Part shown: positions 8,588 to 20,469 of the stretch, piece after piece
Layout: the number at the start of each line of letters is the position of its first letter
How positions within the stretch are numbered: position 1 is the first letter of the stretch
Assembly (NCBI RefSeq): GCF_000757865.1
Contig: NZ_CP007754.1
Coordinates: 600,001-632,000, forward strand
Source: Prochlorococcus sp. MIT 0801
Lineage (GTDB): Bacteria; Cyanobacteriota; Cyanobacteriia; PCC-6307; Cyanobiaceae
Length of the DNA stretch: 32,000 nt
Direction of reading: 5' to 3'
Notes under the pieces: model-generated
What the model saw: the letters and a program-made list of their open reading frames with translations, nothing else
The model's database searches: none
What the model was told of the DNA's origin: nothing
Program-made: the position numbers and the translations under genes

Positions 8588-9642
8588 GATGAAACTTTTA
8601 TAAGTTCATTCACATTTTTACCAGCCTCGAAAAATACTCTTGCATTTTCTTCTGGCGTCCCTGGAAGTATTCCATGACCAAGGTTAAGAATATGTTTTCT
8701 TCCTTTCGCTTTTCTGACGACATCAACAATTCTTGATCTGATCGCATCAGGAGTACCAAACAAAAGTCCTGGATCAACATTTCCTTGGACTCCAACTGCT
8801 TGAGGCAGCCTTTTTAGTCCATCTGCCATATCAACAGTCCAATCTAGAGAGACTATATCTACTCCGGTTTGTCCCATTCTTTCAAGAACTCCCGCACTAC
8901 CTGAGATATATAAAATCATAGGTGTATCTGGATGTTTTTCTTTTACTAAATTGACTACTTTTTGTTGATAAGGGGCAGCAAACTCGTCATAATCTTGTGG
9001 ACTTAATTGTCCTGCCCATGAATCAAACATTTGAACTACTTGGGCCCCAGATTGAATTTGATAGGACAAGTAGTTTGCAATTGATTCTGCAAAGTGATTT
9101 AAAAGTTGATGCAGTAGTTCTGGCTCTTGGAATGCCATCGCCTTTATAACTGCATAATTTTTGCTGCTTTTTCCCTCTACAACATATGCAGCAAGAGTCC
9201 AAGGAGCACCTACAAAACCAAGAACTGCAGCTTTGTTCCCAACGCTTTCCCTTAGCCTTCCAAGGACTTCCCCAACAAAAGACATGCTTTCTTCTGGTTG
9301 AAGGGGTTTAAGGTCTTTAACCTGTTTGAGGCTTCTTATTGGGTCATTTATTAAGGGTCCTTTACTTTCAACGATGTCAAAGTTAATTCCCATCCCAGGT
9401 AGAGGAGTCAAGATGTCTGAAAAAAGTATCACTCCATCTGGTTGAAAAGCTTTAAAAGGTTGCATTGAAATTTCATAAGAAAGATCGGGGTTTTCGGATC
9501 TTTCCCTGAAGCTTGGATGATTATCACGAAGGTCGCGATATACCTTCATGTATCTACCCGCTTGTCTCATCATCCAAACTGGGGGCCTTTCAACATTTTC
9601 TCCGCGAGCTGCACGGAGTAGTAAAGGAGTAGTTTCGTTCAT
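8584..9642 (-). CDS. hemE: uroporphyrinogen decarboxylase
   Basis: 352 aa with the N-terminal signature [13 protein letters not shown] and full-length similarity to HemE. Confidence 0.95.
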   Translation of the reverse strand: MNETTPLLLRAARGENVERPPVWMMRQAGRYMKVYRDLRDNHPSFRERSENPDLSYEISMQPFKAFQPDGVILFSDILTPLPGMGINFDIVESKGPLINDPIRSLKQVKDLKPLQPEESMSFVGEVLGRLRESVGNKAAVLGFVGAPWTLAAYVVEGKSSKNYAVIKAMAFQEPELLHQLLNHFAESIANYLSYQIQSGAQVVQMFDSWAGQLSPQDYDEFAAPYQQKVVNLVKEKHPDTPMILYISGSAGVLERMGQTGVDIVSLDWTVDMADGLKRLPQAVGVQGNVDPGLLFGTPDAIRSRIVDVVRKAKGRKHILNLGHGILPGTPEENARVFFEAGKNVNELIKVSS

Positions 9643-9803
9643 TATTTTGTCCTTTTATTCGAAAAACTTACATGAAGCAGTAACTTGAAAATCATGAAAT
9701 ACGTTCTCTGCAAAAGTTCGACATACCTTTTGAATTTTTACATCCAGACGACAGTTGAAATTAGGTTTTAAGTCAAGGTTGAAACATTTCTATTCGAGGA
9801 AGC

Positions 9804-12071
9804 TTAATTCTTCTTGGATTTATGCTTTAGAACAAGAACGCTAAGAGGAGGAAGGCAAAGATCTATAGAATTTTCATAGCCATGTATGTTGTATAGATCT
9901 GTTGATTTCCCTCCCATATTACCTAGGTTTGAACCTCCATATTGACTCGCATCTGTATTGAAAATTTCTTCATAGAATCCGTCAACAGGCACACCTATTC
10001 TGTAATTGGAGTGGTTTTGAGGTGTGAAGTTTGCCACTATTACTAGCCATTCTCCATCAGTTTTTTCTCTTCTCATAAAACTGATTACTGAATTTTTATT
10101 ATCATCGCAATCAATCCACTGGAATCCGTATTCGTCAAAATCATTTCTCCATAAAGCAGGTTCTCTTTTATATAAATTATTCAAATCATCTACTAATTTC
10201 TGTATTCCTTTGTGAGGTTCATAATTTAGAAGATCCCATTGCAAATCATCCCAAACATTCCATTCTTGGCGCTGCCCAAATTCCATTCCCATAAATATTG
10301 TTTTTTTACCTGGATGTGTCCACATATATGCAAGTAAGGCTCGTGTATTAGCGTACTTCTGCCAGTCATCGCCAGGCATTTTGTGTAAGAGATGACTTTT
10401 TCCGTGAACAACTTCATCGTGGCTTAAAGCAAGCATAAAGTTTTCTGTAAAGTTATAACAAATGGAGAAAGTAATGTTGTTTTGATTGAATTGTCTAAAC
10501 CATGGGTCAATTTCAAAATAATCGAGCATATCGTGCATCCAACCCATGTTCCATTTTAGATTGAAACCGAGTCCATCCATGTCAGTTGGTTTGGTTACAC
10601 CAGTCCATGTCGTTGATTCTTCTGCAATAGAAAGTGCACCTGGAAAATGTTGAAAAAGAACGTGATTAGCCTGTTGTAGAAATCTGACTGCTTCAAAATT
10701 TTCATTCCCTCCATCTTCATTAGGAATCCATTCACCCTCTGGACGAAGATAGTCTTTGTAAAGCATTGAGGCAACTGCATCAACACGTATGCCATCTATA
10801 TGAAATTGATCAAACCAGAAAATTAGATTTGCAACTAGAAAATTACGAACTTCATTTCGACTGTAATTGAAAATTAATGTTCCCCATTCTTTATGCTCTC
10901 CAACTCTGGGATCTGAATGCTCGTATAAATGGCTGCCATCAAAATAAGCTAGTCCATGCTGATCTTTAGGGAAGTGGCCCGGGACCCAATCGAGAATGAT
11001 TCCTATTCCTTCTTTATGACATGAATCAACGAAGGCACGAAACTCATCTGGTGATCCAAATCTACTTGTAGGCGCATACCAACCTGTAACTTGATACCCC
11101 CATGACCCATCAAAAGGGTGCTCTGAAATTGGCATAAGCTCGATATGAGTGAAGCCTCTTTCTTTGACATAGGGAATGACCTTATTTGCCAGTTCTTTAT
11201 ATGTAAGCAATCTTGAGCCAGGCTTCATATCTGCAGCTGGAACTGGAGCTCTATGCTCTCCGTTTGAGTTGATAAATGGATCGTCCGAGGAAGCATGCAT
11301 CCAGCTTCCTAAATGCATTTCATAAACCGAAATTGGTTGCTCTAAAGGATTTCTATTGTCACGATTGGATATCCAAGACTGATCACTCCATTGAAATGAG
11401 TCGATTTTTGATATGACTGAGCTTTTTGCTGGTCTTACTTCATGTTGAAAACCATAAGGGTCGGCTTTCTCGTAGCAATGTCCTTTTTCAGTCCTGATTT
11501 CATATTTGTATAAATCTCCCTCACTTAGACCAGGTATGAATAGTTCCCAAATTCCTCCTAGACGTTTTTGCATTGGGTGATGGCGTCCATCCCATGAATT
11601 GAGATCACCAATAACGGAAACACTCTTTGCATGAGGCGCCCATAAGCAAAACATAACTCCTTTCTTTTTATCTATTTCAGTGAGATGAGCACCCATTTTT
11701 CGCCATATGTGATGGTGATTTCCCTCCGCGAAAAGATGCCTATCAATTTCACCCATCCACTCTTTTCGGAAACTCCAAGGATCATGTTGAACATGTTCAA
11801 TTCCTCCTCTATTTACTTTTATTTGATAGTCAGTACCTGGATCTTTTTCTAAAACCCCCTCAAATATCCATTCATGATTGGGATTTTGTAGCTTAATTTT
11901 AGTTTGTTGTGTTATCAGTTCAACTTGACTTGCCTCAGGCATCCATATTCGAATGATCCATTTATCTTTAAATGGTTGAGGGCCAAGAATTGAAAATGGA
12001 CTTTCATGTCTGCATTCAGAAAGTCTTTGTCCGTCGTCTTTCAAAGAATCTAATAGAATAGAGACGGTCAT
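9804..12071 (-). CDS. glgB: 1,4-alpha-glucan branching enzyme
   Basis: 755 aa with GH13 catalytic segments ([29 protein letters not shown]). Confidence 0.95.
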   Translation of the reverse strand: MTVSILLDSLKDDGQRLSECRHESPFSILGPQPFKDKWIIRIWMPEASQVELITQQTKIKLQNPNHEWIFEGVLEKDPGTDYQIKVNRGGIEHVQHDPWSFRKEWMGEIDRHLFAEGNHHHIWRKMGAHLTEIDKKKGVMFCLWAPHAKSVSVIGDLNSWDGRHHPMQKRLGGIWELFIPGLSEGDLYKYEIRTEKGHCYEKADPYGFQHEVRPAKSSVISKIDSFQWSDQSWISNRDNRNPLEQPISVYEMHLGSWMHASSDDPFINSNGEHRAPVPAADMKPGSRLLTYKELANKVIPYVKERGFTHIELMPISEHPFDGSWGYQVTGWYAPTSRFGSPDEFRAFVDSCHKEGIGIILDWVPGHFPKDQHGLAYFDGSHLYEHSDPRVGEHKEWGTLIFNYSRNEVRNFLVANLIFWFDQFHIDGIRVDAVASMLYKDYLRPEGEWIPNEDGGNENFEAVRFLQQANHVLFQHFPGALSIAEESTTWTGVTKPTDMDGLGFNLKWNMGWMHDMLDYFEIDPWFRQFNQNNITFSICYNFTENFMLALSHDEVVHGKSHLLHKMPGDDWQKYANTRALLAYMWTHPGKKTIFMGMEFGQRQEWNVWDDLQWDLLNYEPHKGIQKLVDDLNNLYKREPALWRNDFDEYGFQWIDCDDNKNSVISFMRREKTDGEWLVIVANFTPQNHSNYRIGVPVDGFYEEIFNTDASQYGGSNLGNMGGKSTDLYNIHGYENSIDLCLPPLSVLVLKHKSKKN

Positions 12072-12127
12072 GATTTATAGCTTAAATAGCTAGTAAGCTT
12101 AATCCTCTATAAGTAAATATTGAACCC

Positions 12128-13705
12128 TTAAGAGGAAATAAGTGATTCAAATTTAAGTTTTGAATTTAAAAGTAAGAGTGAAATTGTTGTCACTAGGCAG
12201 TTAGGGCTAGGTCCTTCGCACAAATATTTACTCTGACCAGGATTTATTCCAATTGCTGGCCATCCAGATCCTGAAATTGAAATTCTTAAACGATCCCCTT
12301 TCTTAAATGTGGCGAGAGTTGGTTGAAGTCTGATTTCTCTAGCACTTGTTATACCTTTATCGCAATTAGCAATTCTGAGTACACCCGTCGAAAGTTGAGT
12401 AACAGTATTCTCTACCGCTTTAGGAATTATTGATAATGCCACAAATAGATCAAAACTTTCCCTGTCACAGTTGGTTTCTAAAAAAAGAGTTGGAATACCC
12501 TCCAGCCTAAGATCTTTCAAAATAGGTTCTGATGTAAATACTGCGACATCAGATCGAATATCAAGTTCATATCTGTTCGCTTCACCGGCGGTATCACTGA
12601 GATGTCCTCCGATGGATGGGATTGGTCTCCATGGGTCGTGAACCAAATTCACTTCACTATCTGCTTCTAAATCAGAATTAGGGACTAGGCATCCTTCAAG
12701 GTGATTTATTGAGGCTAAACCTTCGCTACGAAGATTCCATGAAGGAGTTTTATTTTGAACCGACAGCTCCCAACTCTTAGTAGTTAGATTCCAAAGATTG
12801 ATTTGAGGAAAATGAATCTCTTTGTTTTTTTCTTTTAAATGAGAATCAAAAAAATCTAATTGGGTGCGTTGTGCTCCTTCCCACCATTGAAGATGAGTAG
12901 CAGGACCAATTAGTAATTTGGGATCGCCTCCTGCCTTTTTTGATTTCTCAAAGATATCTAAAATTCCTTTTAAATGAGGATCCCACCAACCACCAATTAG
13001 AAGCAAAGGTTTTTTTAACCAGTTACTTAATGGCTCGTGGGTTTTCCATTGTGGAGTTTTGCTTGATGAAAGATTTAGCCATTTATATGCCATCCCTTCT
13101 GGGTCATTCTTTTTAAGTAACTCATGACCGTTATGTAAATATTTTTTCGATTCAAGATTTTCACGTATTTCATGCCAAGCTTTCCAATTTTTGTCTCTTT
13201 GTGCTTTTTGGGCGGCTAATTGCAAACCCCATCCAATACCCAAGTGCCACCAAAACGCTCCTCCTTCACAACTCCAATGTTCATTCTCTGAAAGACCCGT
13301 CATTGCAGGAATAATGCAATCAGGTGGAGGAGTACCTTTTTCCGCAAGGAGTTGTGTTAATCCTTGATATGAAAAACCGTATGTGCCTAGTAGACCATTG
13401 CATTCAGGCAAGGATCGTACCCAATTATGAGTTTGACTAGTATCTGAAGCTTCTTGGTTGAAACCTGAAAATTCCCCTTCAGACCCACCTTGACCCCGTA
13501 CATCTTGTATGACAACTACATAGCCCTTGCTAGCCCACCAAGATGGATGAGCGTATGTAATTGTAGAAGCAATTTCTCTTCCATATGGCTGGCGCATAAG
13601 CAAGACAGGCCAAGGCCCATTCCCCTGAGGGGACCAGATTCGGGATTTGAGTAATGTACCGTCTCTAAGTTGTAAGTCTTCGTCTCTGTATGTTATTGAA
13701 TTCAT
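12128..13705 (-). CDS. CocE/NonD family hydrolase (X-Pro dipeptidyl-peptidase S15-like)
   Basis: 525 aa. The N-terminal pattern RDGTLLKSRIWSPQGNGPWPVLLMRQPYGR and a nucleophile elbow GFSYQG are typical of S15/CocE hydrolases. Confidence 0.75.
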   Translation of the reverse strand: MNSITYRDEDLQLRDGTLLKSRIWSPQGNGPWPVLLMRQPYGREIASTITYAHPSWWASKGYVVVIQDVRGQGGSEGEFSGFNQEASDTSQTHNWVRSLPECNGLLGTYGFSYQGLTQLLAEKGTPPPDCIIPAMTGLSENEHWSCEGGAFWWHLGIGWGLQLAAQKAQRDKNWKAWHEIRENLESKKYLHNGHELLKKNDPEGMAYKWLNLSSSKTPQWKTHEPLSNWLKKPLLLIGGWWDPHLKGILDIFEKSKKAGGDPKLLIGPATHLQWWEGAQRTQLDFFDSHLKEKNKEIHFPQINLWNLTTKSWELSVQNKTPSWNLRSEGLASINHLEGCLVPNSDLEADSEVNLVHDPWRPIPSIGGHLSDTAGEANRYELDIRSDVAVFTSEPILKDLRLEGIPTLFLETNCDRESFDLFVALSIIPKAVENTVTQLSTGVLRIANCDKGITSAREIRLQPTLATFKKGDRLRISISGSGWPAIGINPGQSKYLCEGPSPNCLVTTISLLLLNSKLKFESLISS

Positions 13706-13712
13706 TATCTCT

Positions 13713-13982
13713 TTAAAAAGTTTCTGGGCAATAAAGACCTCTTACGTACATAGAAAGGATCTCAGCATCAACTTCGTTTATGTTTTTTTGAATTGAGATT
13801 TTCTCAATAGATTTTTGTGAACTGGCTGAGATGTTTTCTTTATTGAGTTTTCTAAAACTTTCACAAATAGACTTCGCTTCATCAGGATTCCTTTTTACAC
13901 CTTCAAGAAGTCTTGATTGAGCCATTACACCTTGACTGATTCCAAATGATGTAAATATTAAAGTGATTAGTAAACCATTCAT
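13713..13982 (-). CDS. small hypothetical secreted protein
   Basis: 89-aa ORF with a hydrophobic N-terminus (MNGLLITLIFTSFGISQGVMAQ) and two Cys residues. It ends 7 nt upstream of the S15 hydrolase start. No family recognised. Confidence 0.45.
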   Translation of the reverse strand: MNGLLITLIFTSFGISQGVMAQSRLLEGVKRNPDEAKSICESFRKLNKENISASSQKSIEKISIQKNINEVDAEILSMYVRGLYCPETF

Positions 13983-14029
13983 TTCTTTTAGTTTACCAAG
14001 TTTCTCTTAAATTAATTATATTCTATTAC

Positions 14030-14446
14030 CTAATAGCTCTTGGGTAAATCTAATAATGTTTTTTTCGCTTTCTCTATTAAAAAATGTGCTTTTTTTAGAT
14101 CTATTATTGGTATTCTTCCTGTTCGAAGAATTCTTTCAAAGCGACCAGTCTTTTGAACTAGCTCTTGAGGTGTAAGTCGTGAAATGGCCTTATTAGAAAT
14201 TAATCCTGAGTGCATCAATAAGGCAGCTTCGTTAAGTTGAATATCTAAAGTACATATAAAATATGCTATGCATTTAAGTCTTTTTAGATTGCGAACACTT
14301 CCCAGGCTTCCATAAATTAGATGATTTATTTCTTCATCACTAATAGATAATAAAGAATCCCATGTTTTTATATTATTTGATATGAGTATTTTTTCTTCTT
14401 GATAAAAGTTTTTAGGAAGATCTTTCAATAATGACTTATTATTCAT
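14030..14446 (-). CDS. conserved hypothetical protein, possibly helix-hairpin-helix / DUF4332-like
   Basis: 138-aa intact ORF with an ATG start that overlaps the upstream gene by 8 nt. The family assignment is a weak by-eye impression. Confidence 0.5.
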   Translation of the reverse strand: MNNKSLLKDLPKNFYQEEKILISNNIKTWDSLLSISDEEINHLIYGSLGSVRNLKRLKCIAYFICTLDIQLNEAALLMHSGLISNKAISRLTPQELVQKTGRFERILRTGRIPIIDLKKAHFLIEKAKKTLLDLPKSY

Positions 14447-14978
14447 CAGTTTCTAATGAGGAAATTTCTTCAATATCAGCATCATTTGATAAATATTCAC
14501 TTGCAGAATAATTCCTGTCTGGTAATTCTATTATCTTTGATTCTTTTAAATCTTTTATTAATTCACCTAGAATAATTGGTTTACTTATTCCATCACCATC
14601 GGATTCTATTTTTCTTAGCCTAACTTTGACCTGAGCGCCATTTCTTCCTCCTCCTTTCAAATTTCCGGCTATTTGTAACAATGTTGGTTTTATTGCTTCT
14701 TTAGGGAAATCATTTGATGCTTGAGCAACAACTAAATCAAATCCATTGTCATAAACGATAGGAGCATATTTGTACCCTTCTACATTATAAGGAGGAGTAT
14801 AACTTTGCTCAAAGGCCCAGCAACTAGCAGATAGTAAAAGTGTGAAAATTGTTGTACCAGTGAGTCGGAATTTAATTCCCCAGTTAAATAAATAAGCCAA
14901 AATGGTCAAGACGCCAAGTCCTGAACCTCCCCAGGCTAGCCATTTCGAAACATCTTGGATAACTTCACTAATAGACAT
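14439..14978 (-). CDS. membrane protein, possibly Ycf51-like (DUF2518)
   Basis: 179 aa with two N-terminal hydrophobic helices (WGGSGLGVLTILAYLF, TGTTIFTLLLSASCWAF) and an acidic C-terminus. The size and architecture fit cyanobacterial Ycf51. The label is tentative. Confidence 0.5.
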   Translation of the reverse strand: MSISEVIQDVSKWLAWGGSGLGVLTILAYLFNWGIKFRLTGTTIFTLLLSASCWAFEQSYTPPYNVEGYKYAPIVYDNGFDLVVAQASNDFPKEAIKPTLLQIAGNLKGGGRNGAQVKVRLRKIESDGDGISKPIILGELIKDLKESKIIELPDRNYSASEYLSNDADIEEISSLETDE

Positions 14979-15045
14979 AGGCTGGTTTCTCCTGAATTGA
15001 TTCTTTATAGTTTGTTAGCTCCCCCAAGTTTGAGATTAATGTTTC

Positions 15046-18000
15046 ATGGGAGATGAGTGGAGTTCTAAAAGATTAAAGCGATGGGGACTTGCTGGAACCT
15101 TTGCTGCGTTGGGTGGTGTTTTGATTTGGAGTGGCGCAGATCTCCTAGTAGGTAGAACTATAAGCCGTTTTTCTCCACAAATAGAAAAAACATTATCTTA
15201 TTCATTAGGTCATCCTTTAAAAATAGGTTCATACAGGGGCCTTAGACCATGGGGAGTTGAGTTGGGGCCAACAAGACTCCTTCCAATTATTAAAGATACT
15301 TCTTCAGTTAATATTTCAAATTTAACAATTAAATTTGCTCCTTTTGCAAGTTTATTTAATTGGAAACCAGTTGCAATAGTTACTCCAAAAGGAACAGAAA
15401 TTATATTAAATAAAAATGATACTGGTTCTTTTTGGGTTGTTCCCCAGAATGATAATCCTAAAAAAATCAACCTCCAACTAAAATTTAATTTAAAAGAACC
15501 AACCAAAATCGTATTTAATCCTGGAGATACGACATTATTAGCGAAAGGTAAGCTATCTCTAAATCTTGGTGAGAAGAAAATTATTGGTGCGATTAATCTA
15601 GACTCCAAAAAACAAGGAAGCCTCTATCTTGCAGGGAAGGGTTATTGGGATGGAATCGAATTTCAAACTAAAGTAAAGGTTAATAAACTTAGTCTTGGTA
15701 TCTTTGAGAGAATTTTAGGAGATAATTCTAATATTACTACAAGAGGAAATATAAATGGAAGTCTAAAATTGGGCGTTAAGAAAGGCTTGATAAGGTGTAA
15801 GGGTGGGTTATTGCTTGATAATTTAACTCTGAGGGGAGGACCTCTAAGTGATACCTTGTCTACAAAAAGTTCAAAAATAAAATGTGATAATAATAAGCTT
15901 AAGTTGATTAATTCTAACTGGAATTATGGATATTTGGATATATCTAATTCCTCTGAAATACCATTTTATAAAAAAGATAAAACTTATATAAGTTCTGTAA
16001 ATACTATTAAGATTAAAGATTTTGACCATAAACCACTTTCTTTGAAAATCAAATTACCAATTTCAGTAGTTAATAGACAATTTATTCCTGGAGACCTTAA
16101 CGCTAATTTTAATTTGGAATCTTTTCCTTTAGGTGCTTTAAACCCAATACTAAATGTATCATTATCGGGGAAATTAAATACAAAAGGTAATTTTAAGGGG
16201 CCTTTATCCTCTCTGAAATCTACTATTAACCTCGCCCTCGATAATCCACAATTTAATGGTATTCGATTAAGGGAAAAATGGAGAGGTTCTTTTATTCGAA
16301 TTCCAAGTGAAAAGAAATGGGGTAGTTTGAGAATGAAATCAGAAGGTTCTTCTACCCCAGGTAATCTTCAAATTAACTTTGCTAAGAATGGAGATTTTAA
16401 TGATTTAAACCTAAATAGATTAGGAGGTGAAATAAGTCTAAATCCTAAATCAAATGCTTTTAAATGGGATGCTAATAAATTCAGATTAGATCGAGTAGAA
16501 GTGGCTTTCCCGCCAGAGAAAAGTTTTAAACGAATCTTCGGGGAAGTTACAGGTAATGGAATATTTTCTCTTGATCCGTTATTTCTTAATGGTGATTTGA
16601 ATTTAGATTATTTTAGATTGTTAGGTTTTAAATTAAAAAATGCAAGTATTAAAGGTCAAATTAAAAATTCAGAAACTAAATTAAAAGGTGAATTAATACC
16701 ATCTGAAAAAGGAAAGATTAAATTTGATATTAATAATGGGTCCGAATTTTCTTTGTTGGCTCAATTGAAGGACGTAAGCTCTAGTTGGATTACTGCTACA
16801 GCTTTAGAGTTTCCTAAATTAGGATTGAAGTATTCAGATGCAATTGGGAAGGCTGGAGATCTAGAAAAATTTATAATTGGTTATCCAATTAGTTCTATAG
16901 ATAGTCAGTTCGAAGCTTTAACTAGGTCTCAGGATTCATATAGAGAAGAGATTTCTAAGGTAAATAATGAAAGCATTATTAATCCTTATGATCTTAATGG
17001 GGATATTAATGCTGATATTAAATTAAGTGGTCCAAGCCTATCTGATTTAAATTTAGAAGCAAAAGCTTTTGGTAAGGTTTGGACTAACAAATTGAAGATT
17101 ATAAACTCTAATAAAATAAAACCCTTTAAAGCAACTTTTAATGGGAACCTAGCTTCAGGTATGGGTGATTTTTCTTTACTTAATTTTAATTTCTCATTAT
17201 TAACTTTAGTTGCACCAATACCTTCAGCAGTTGATGGGTATTTTGGTTTAAAGGGTAAATATAGTTTAGCTAATTCAACTCCACGAGTTACAGCAGATTT
17301 AATTATTAAAGATACCGTAATTTATAACAGAAATATTATTTTAGATACTGGAAATATTTTATTTAAAGATAATAATCTCGAATTTGATATCACTCTAAGG
17401 GATAAATTTTCGGCAAATCCTGTTAAATTAGGTGGAACCTACCCATTAATAAGTTCCTACCCTATTGATCTAAAGATCGAAAGTCATGGAGATGGGTTAG
17501 CGTTTTTGACTGGTCTAACTAAAGGGAATGTCTCTTGGGCCTCAGGGACAGCTGATCTAAGCTTGTTGATTAGAGGAACTCCTGCAAAACCGGTTGCTAA
17601 TGGTTTTTTGGTTTTAAAAAACAGTGAGCTACTTTTTCAAGATAAAGAAATTAATAATTTGAATAGCACAATAGTTTTTGATTTTAATCGACTTGAAATC
17701 CGTAATCTCAACGCAAATATGGGAGCAAGCGGTACTATTCGCAGTCAAGGTGGAATTTCGTTATTTGATTCTCAATTAAGTGAAAGCGAGCCATTGGCTC
17801 TTTCTATAGAAAAAACACGTATTAAGACGGCATTTACTGACATCAGAGCTTCATCTAACCTTGTTGTTAAGGGTTCTATTTTGAAACCTCAATTATCAGG
17901 TGAAGTCTTTATTTCAGAAGGTTCGATTTTTGCTAAAAGGGCTAATAATCCAAGTAAGACTACATCTGAAAAAACGGATCGTTATCAAGATTCTAAGGTG

Positions 18001-19005
18001 AAAAAAATTCGTAGTTTACCAGAACAAAACTGGAACCAGAGAGAACCTCTGGTTTTATTTATTCAAGATAAAGATGCACCTGCAAGTCGAATAGTTAGTG
18101 GTGGTTTCCCTAATGGATTTGAATCACTAACCTTTGACAATTTAAAGCTCGCACTTGGCCCTTCATTGCGATTAGTTTCTCAACCCTTGGCAAGCTTTGA
18201 AACAAATGGATTCCTTCTCTTGAATGGCGCATTTGACGAGACTCTTGATGTTAGTGGAGTTATTAAACTTGACAGTGGTTACGTTAATCTCTTTACGACT
18301 ACTTTTAATTTAGATCAAAGTGAACCTAATGTAGCCGTATTTGTACCATCTATGGGCTTGGTTCCATATGTTGATGTGACTCTGAATAGCCGCGTTCCAG
18401 ATAATGTTAGAGACGTAAGTAATTTTTCCTCTAATGGCTTGGCATCATTTGGTATTGGAGGATCTCGTTTCGTAAACGTCGAAGTGACGGCTTCTGGACC
18501 TGCAGATCGCATTAGTGAAAATTTTCAATTCAGAAGTACTCCATCTTTGGGAAGAAGTGAGTTGATAGGACTATTAGGCGGTAATTCTCTTGCAAATCTA
18601 ATAAGTAGTGGAGGCAATGGTGATGTGCTTGCGAGCTTTTTGAATAGATCTTTTGCTTCGTATCTTCAAGGCAATATCAATGGTTTTTTAAGTGATAGAC
18701 TTCAAATATCATTGTATCCAGCATATATAAATGGATCAGATTCAGAGGATGATAATAGCGATAGTAGTTCTTCAAATACTGATCAGGAAGACGCTGCTTT
18801 GACAGGTCAACAGGCATGGGTGACAGAAATAGGAGTTGACCTTAACGATAAAATTAATCTCTCAGTTCAGGCTGCTCCTAACCGAAAGGATATTCCACCG
18901 AAAGGAAATATTACTTTTCAAATGAATCCCAACGTAGGTCTACTGGGCTCGTTTGATAAAAATGGGAATTGGCAAAGTCAGCTCCAGCTTTATTTTAGAT
19001 ATTAA
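15046..19005 (+). CDS. TamB-like translocation and assembly module protein (DUF490 C-terminus; cyanobacterial homologue of plant TIC236)
   Basis: 1319 aa with an N-terminal membrane anchor (WGLAGTFAALGGVLIWSG). A long repetitive beta-rich body is rich in N/K/L/G/S, and the C-terminus is DUF490-like (GLLGSFDKNGNWQSQLQLYFRY). Confidence 0.8.
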   Translation: MGDEWSSKRLKRWGLAGTFAALGGVLIWSGADLLVGRTISRFSPQIEKTLSYSLGHPLKIGSYRGLRPWGVELGPTRLLPIIKDTSSVNISNLTIKFAPFASLFNWKPVAIVTPKGTEIILNKNDTGSFWVVPQNDNPKKINLQLKFNLKEPTKIVFNPGDTTLLAKGKLSLNLGEKKIIGAINLDSKKQGSLYLAGKGYWDGIEFQTKVKVNKLSLGIFERILGDNSNITTRGNINGSLKLGVKKGLIRCKGGLLLDNLTLRGGPLSDTLSTKSSKIKCDNNKLKLINSNWNYGYLDISNSSEIPFYKKDKTYISSVNTIKIKDFDHKPLSLKIKLPISVVNRQFIPGDLNANFNLESFPLGALNPILNVSLSGKLNTKGNFKGPLSSLKSTINLALDNPQFNGIRLREKWRGSFIRIPSEKKWGSLRMKSEGSSTPGNLQINFAKNGDFNDLNLNRLGGEISLNPKSNAFKWDANKFRLDRVEVAFPPEKSFKRIFGEVTGNGIFSLDPLFLNGDLNLDYFRLLGFKLKNASIKGQIKNSETKLKGELIPSEKGKIKFDINNGSEFSLLAQLKDVSSSWITATALEFPKLGLKYSDAIGKAGDLEKFIIGYPISSIDSQFEALTRSQDSYREEISKVNNESIINPYDLNGDINADIKLSGPSLSDLNLEAKAFGKVWTNKLKIINSNKIKPFKATFNGNLASGMGDFSLLNFNFSLLTLVAPIPSAVDGYFGLKGKYSLANSTPRVTADLIIKDTVIYNRNIILDTGNILFKDNNLEFDITLRDKFSANPVKLGGTYPLISSYPIDLKIESHGDGLAFLTGLTKGNVSWASGTADLSLLIRGTPAKPVANGFLVLKNSELLFQDKEINNLNSTIVFDFNRLEIRNLNANMGASGTIRSQGGISLFDSQLSESEPLALSIEKTRIKTAFTDIRASSNLVVKGSILKPQLSGEVFISEGSIFAKRANNPSKTTSEKTDRYQDSKVKKIRSLPEQNWNQREPLVLFIQDKDAPASRIVSGGFPNGFESLTFDNLKLALGPSLRLVSQPLASFETNGFLLLNGAFDETLDVSGVIKLDSGYVNLFTTTFNLDQSEPNVAVFVPSMGLVPYVDVTLNSRVPDNVRDVSNFSSNGLASFGIGGSRFVNVEVTASGPADRISENFQFRSTPSLGRSELIGLLGGNSLANLISSGGNGDVLASFLNRSFASYLQGNINGFLSDRLQISLYPAYINGSDSEDDNSDSSSSNTDQEDAALTGQQAWVTEIGVDLNDKINLSVQAAPNRKDIPPKGNITFQMNPNVGLLGSFDKNGNWQSQLQLYFRY

Positions 19006-19152
19006 ATAAATGAATAGTTTGAAAAAATGACCTACTTAACAAATGCTCAGGTAGATAGATTTTTATCTTCTTTTATTGCTTGATTAGCCATTAAAGGAAT
19101 ATTTTAAAGATAGTGAAAAATTATCTTTGATTAAATAGTTGATCTAAATCAA

Positions 19153-20469
19153 ATGAGTACAAACTTTTCAGTTCCTGATCCTACGCCCCAGCTAATAAAA
19201 GTAGCAGAGAGTGCAAAAGAGGCTTCTATTTCGCTTGGTCAATCCACAAATAAACAACGTTGTGATGCTTTGACTGAAATGGCAAATGCTTTGAATGATA
19301 AAGCTGATGATATATTAAAAGCAAATGTTCAAGATCTTGAAAGATCAGAAAAAGAAGGGTTGAATAAATCGCTTTTATCAAGACTTCAGCTAACAAAAAC
19401 TAAACTCAAAGGATGCATTGACGGAGTCCTCAAAGTTTCAAATCTTGCAGATCCAATAGGTAAAAGACAACTTCATAGGGAATTGGATGAAAACCTTATT
19501 CTTGAGAGAGTGACAGTTCCATTAGGAGTCTTAGGAGTGATATTTGAGTCGAGACCAGATGCATTGATACAAATAGCTTCTCTTGCTGTTCGTTCTGGTA
19601 ATGGAGCTTTATTAAAAGGAGGAAGTGAAGCAAAAGCCACAAATCAAGCAATAATGGATTCTCTTGATAAGGGGTTAAGAAAATCAAATGTGGGTTCAGG
19701 AGCGTTGTCTTTACTTACTACACGTCAAGAAAGTTTAGGCTTACTTCGTTTAGATAGGTTTGTGAATTTGATCATACCTAGAGGTAGCAATGAGTTGGTT
19801 CAATTTATTCAAGAAAATACTCGTATTCCTGTCTTAGGGCACGCTGATGGAATTTGCCATTTATATATAGATAATTCTGTAGATATTGATAAGGCCATAA
19901 GCATAGCTTTAGATAGTAAGATTCAATATCCTGCTGCTTGTAACGCAATTGAGACATTATTAATTCATGAAGATGTAGCTGAGATGTTTTTGAAAAAAGG
20001 CTTGCCAATTTTTTCTAATGAAGGAGTTACTCTTAAGGGAGATACAAAGAGTCAAGCTTTAGGGGTGAAAAATAAGGCTGATGAAGCAGACTGGTCTAAA
20101 GAATATCTTGATTTAATTCTTTCAATAAAAATTGTTCGTAATGTGAACGAAGCTATTGAACATATTCGTAAGTATAGCTCTCGTCATACTGAGGCGATAG
20201 TTACTGATGACAAGGTGGTTGCTGAAAAATTTTTAGGTTCGGTTGATAGTGCAGGCGTTTACCATAATTGTTCTACTCGTTTTGCTGATGGTTTCAGATA
20301 TGGATTTGGAGCTGAAGTTGGTATAAGCACTCAGACTCTTCCACCAAGGGGACCAGTTGGATTGGAAGGCTTAGTTACCTATCGATATTATCTCAGAGGT
20401 GAAGGTGATCTCGTTAAGGATTTCGCTTCTGGAGATAGAAGTTTTTCTCATATTGATCTACCATTATGA
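19153..20469 (+). CDS. proA: gamma-glutamyl phosphate reductase
   Basis: 438 aa with aldehyde dehydrogenase-type ProA motifs ([23 protein letters not shown]). Confidence 0.95.
   Translation: MSTNFSVPDPTPQLIKVAESAKEASISLGQSTNKQRCDALTEMANALNDKADDILKANVQDLERSEKEGLNKSLLSRLQLTKTKLKGCIDGVLKVSNLADPIGKRQLHRELDENLILERVTVPLGVLGVIFESRPDALIQIASLAVRSGNGALLKGGSEAKATNQAIMDSLDKGLRKSNVGSGALSLLTTRQESLGLLRLDRFVNLIIPRGSNELVQFIQENTRIPVLGHADGICHLYIDNSVDIDKAISIALDSKIQYPAACNAIETLLIHEDVAEMFLKKGLPIFSNEGVTLKGDTKSQALGVKNKADEADWSKEYLDLILSIKIVRNVNEAIEHIRKYSSRHTEAIVTDDKVVAEKFLGSVDSAGVYHNCSTRFADGFRYGFGAEVGISTQTLPPRGPVGLEGLVTYRYYLRGEGDLVKDFASGDRSFSHIDLPL

Noticed and set aside
15210-15608. 132-aa ORF antisense to the TamB-like gene.
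   Set aside because: It is fully nested antisense in a long ORF with clear protein-like architecture. The translation is low-complexity with no motif. It looks like a typical shadow ORF.
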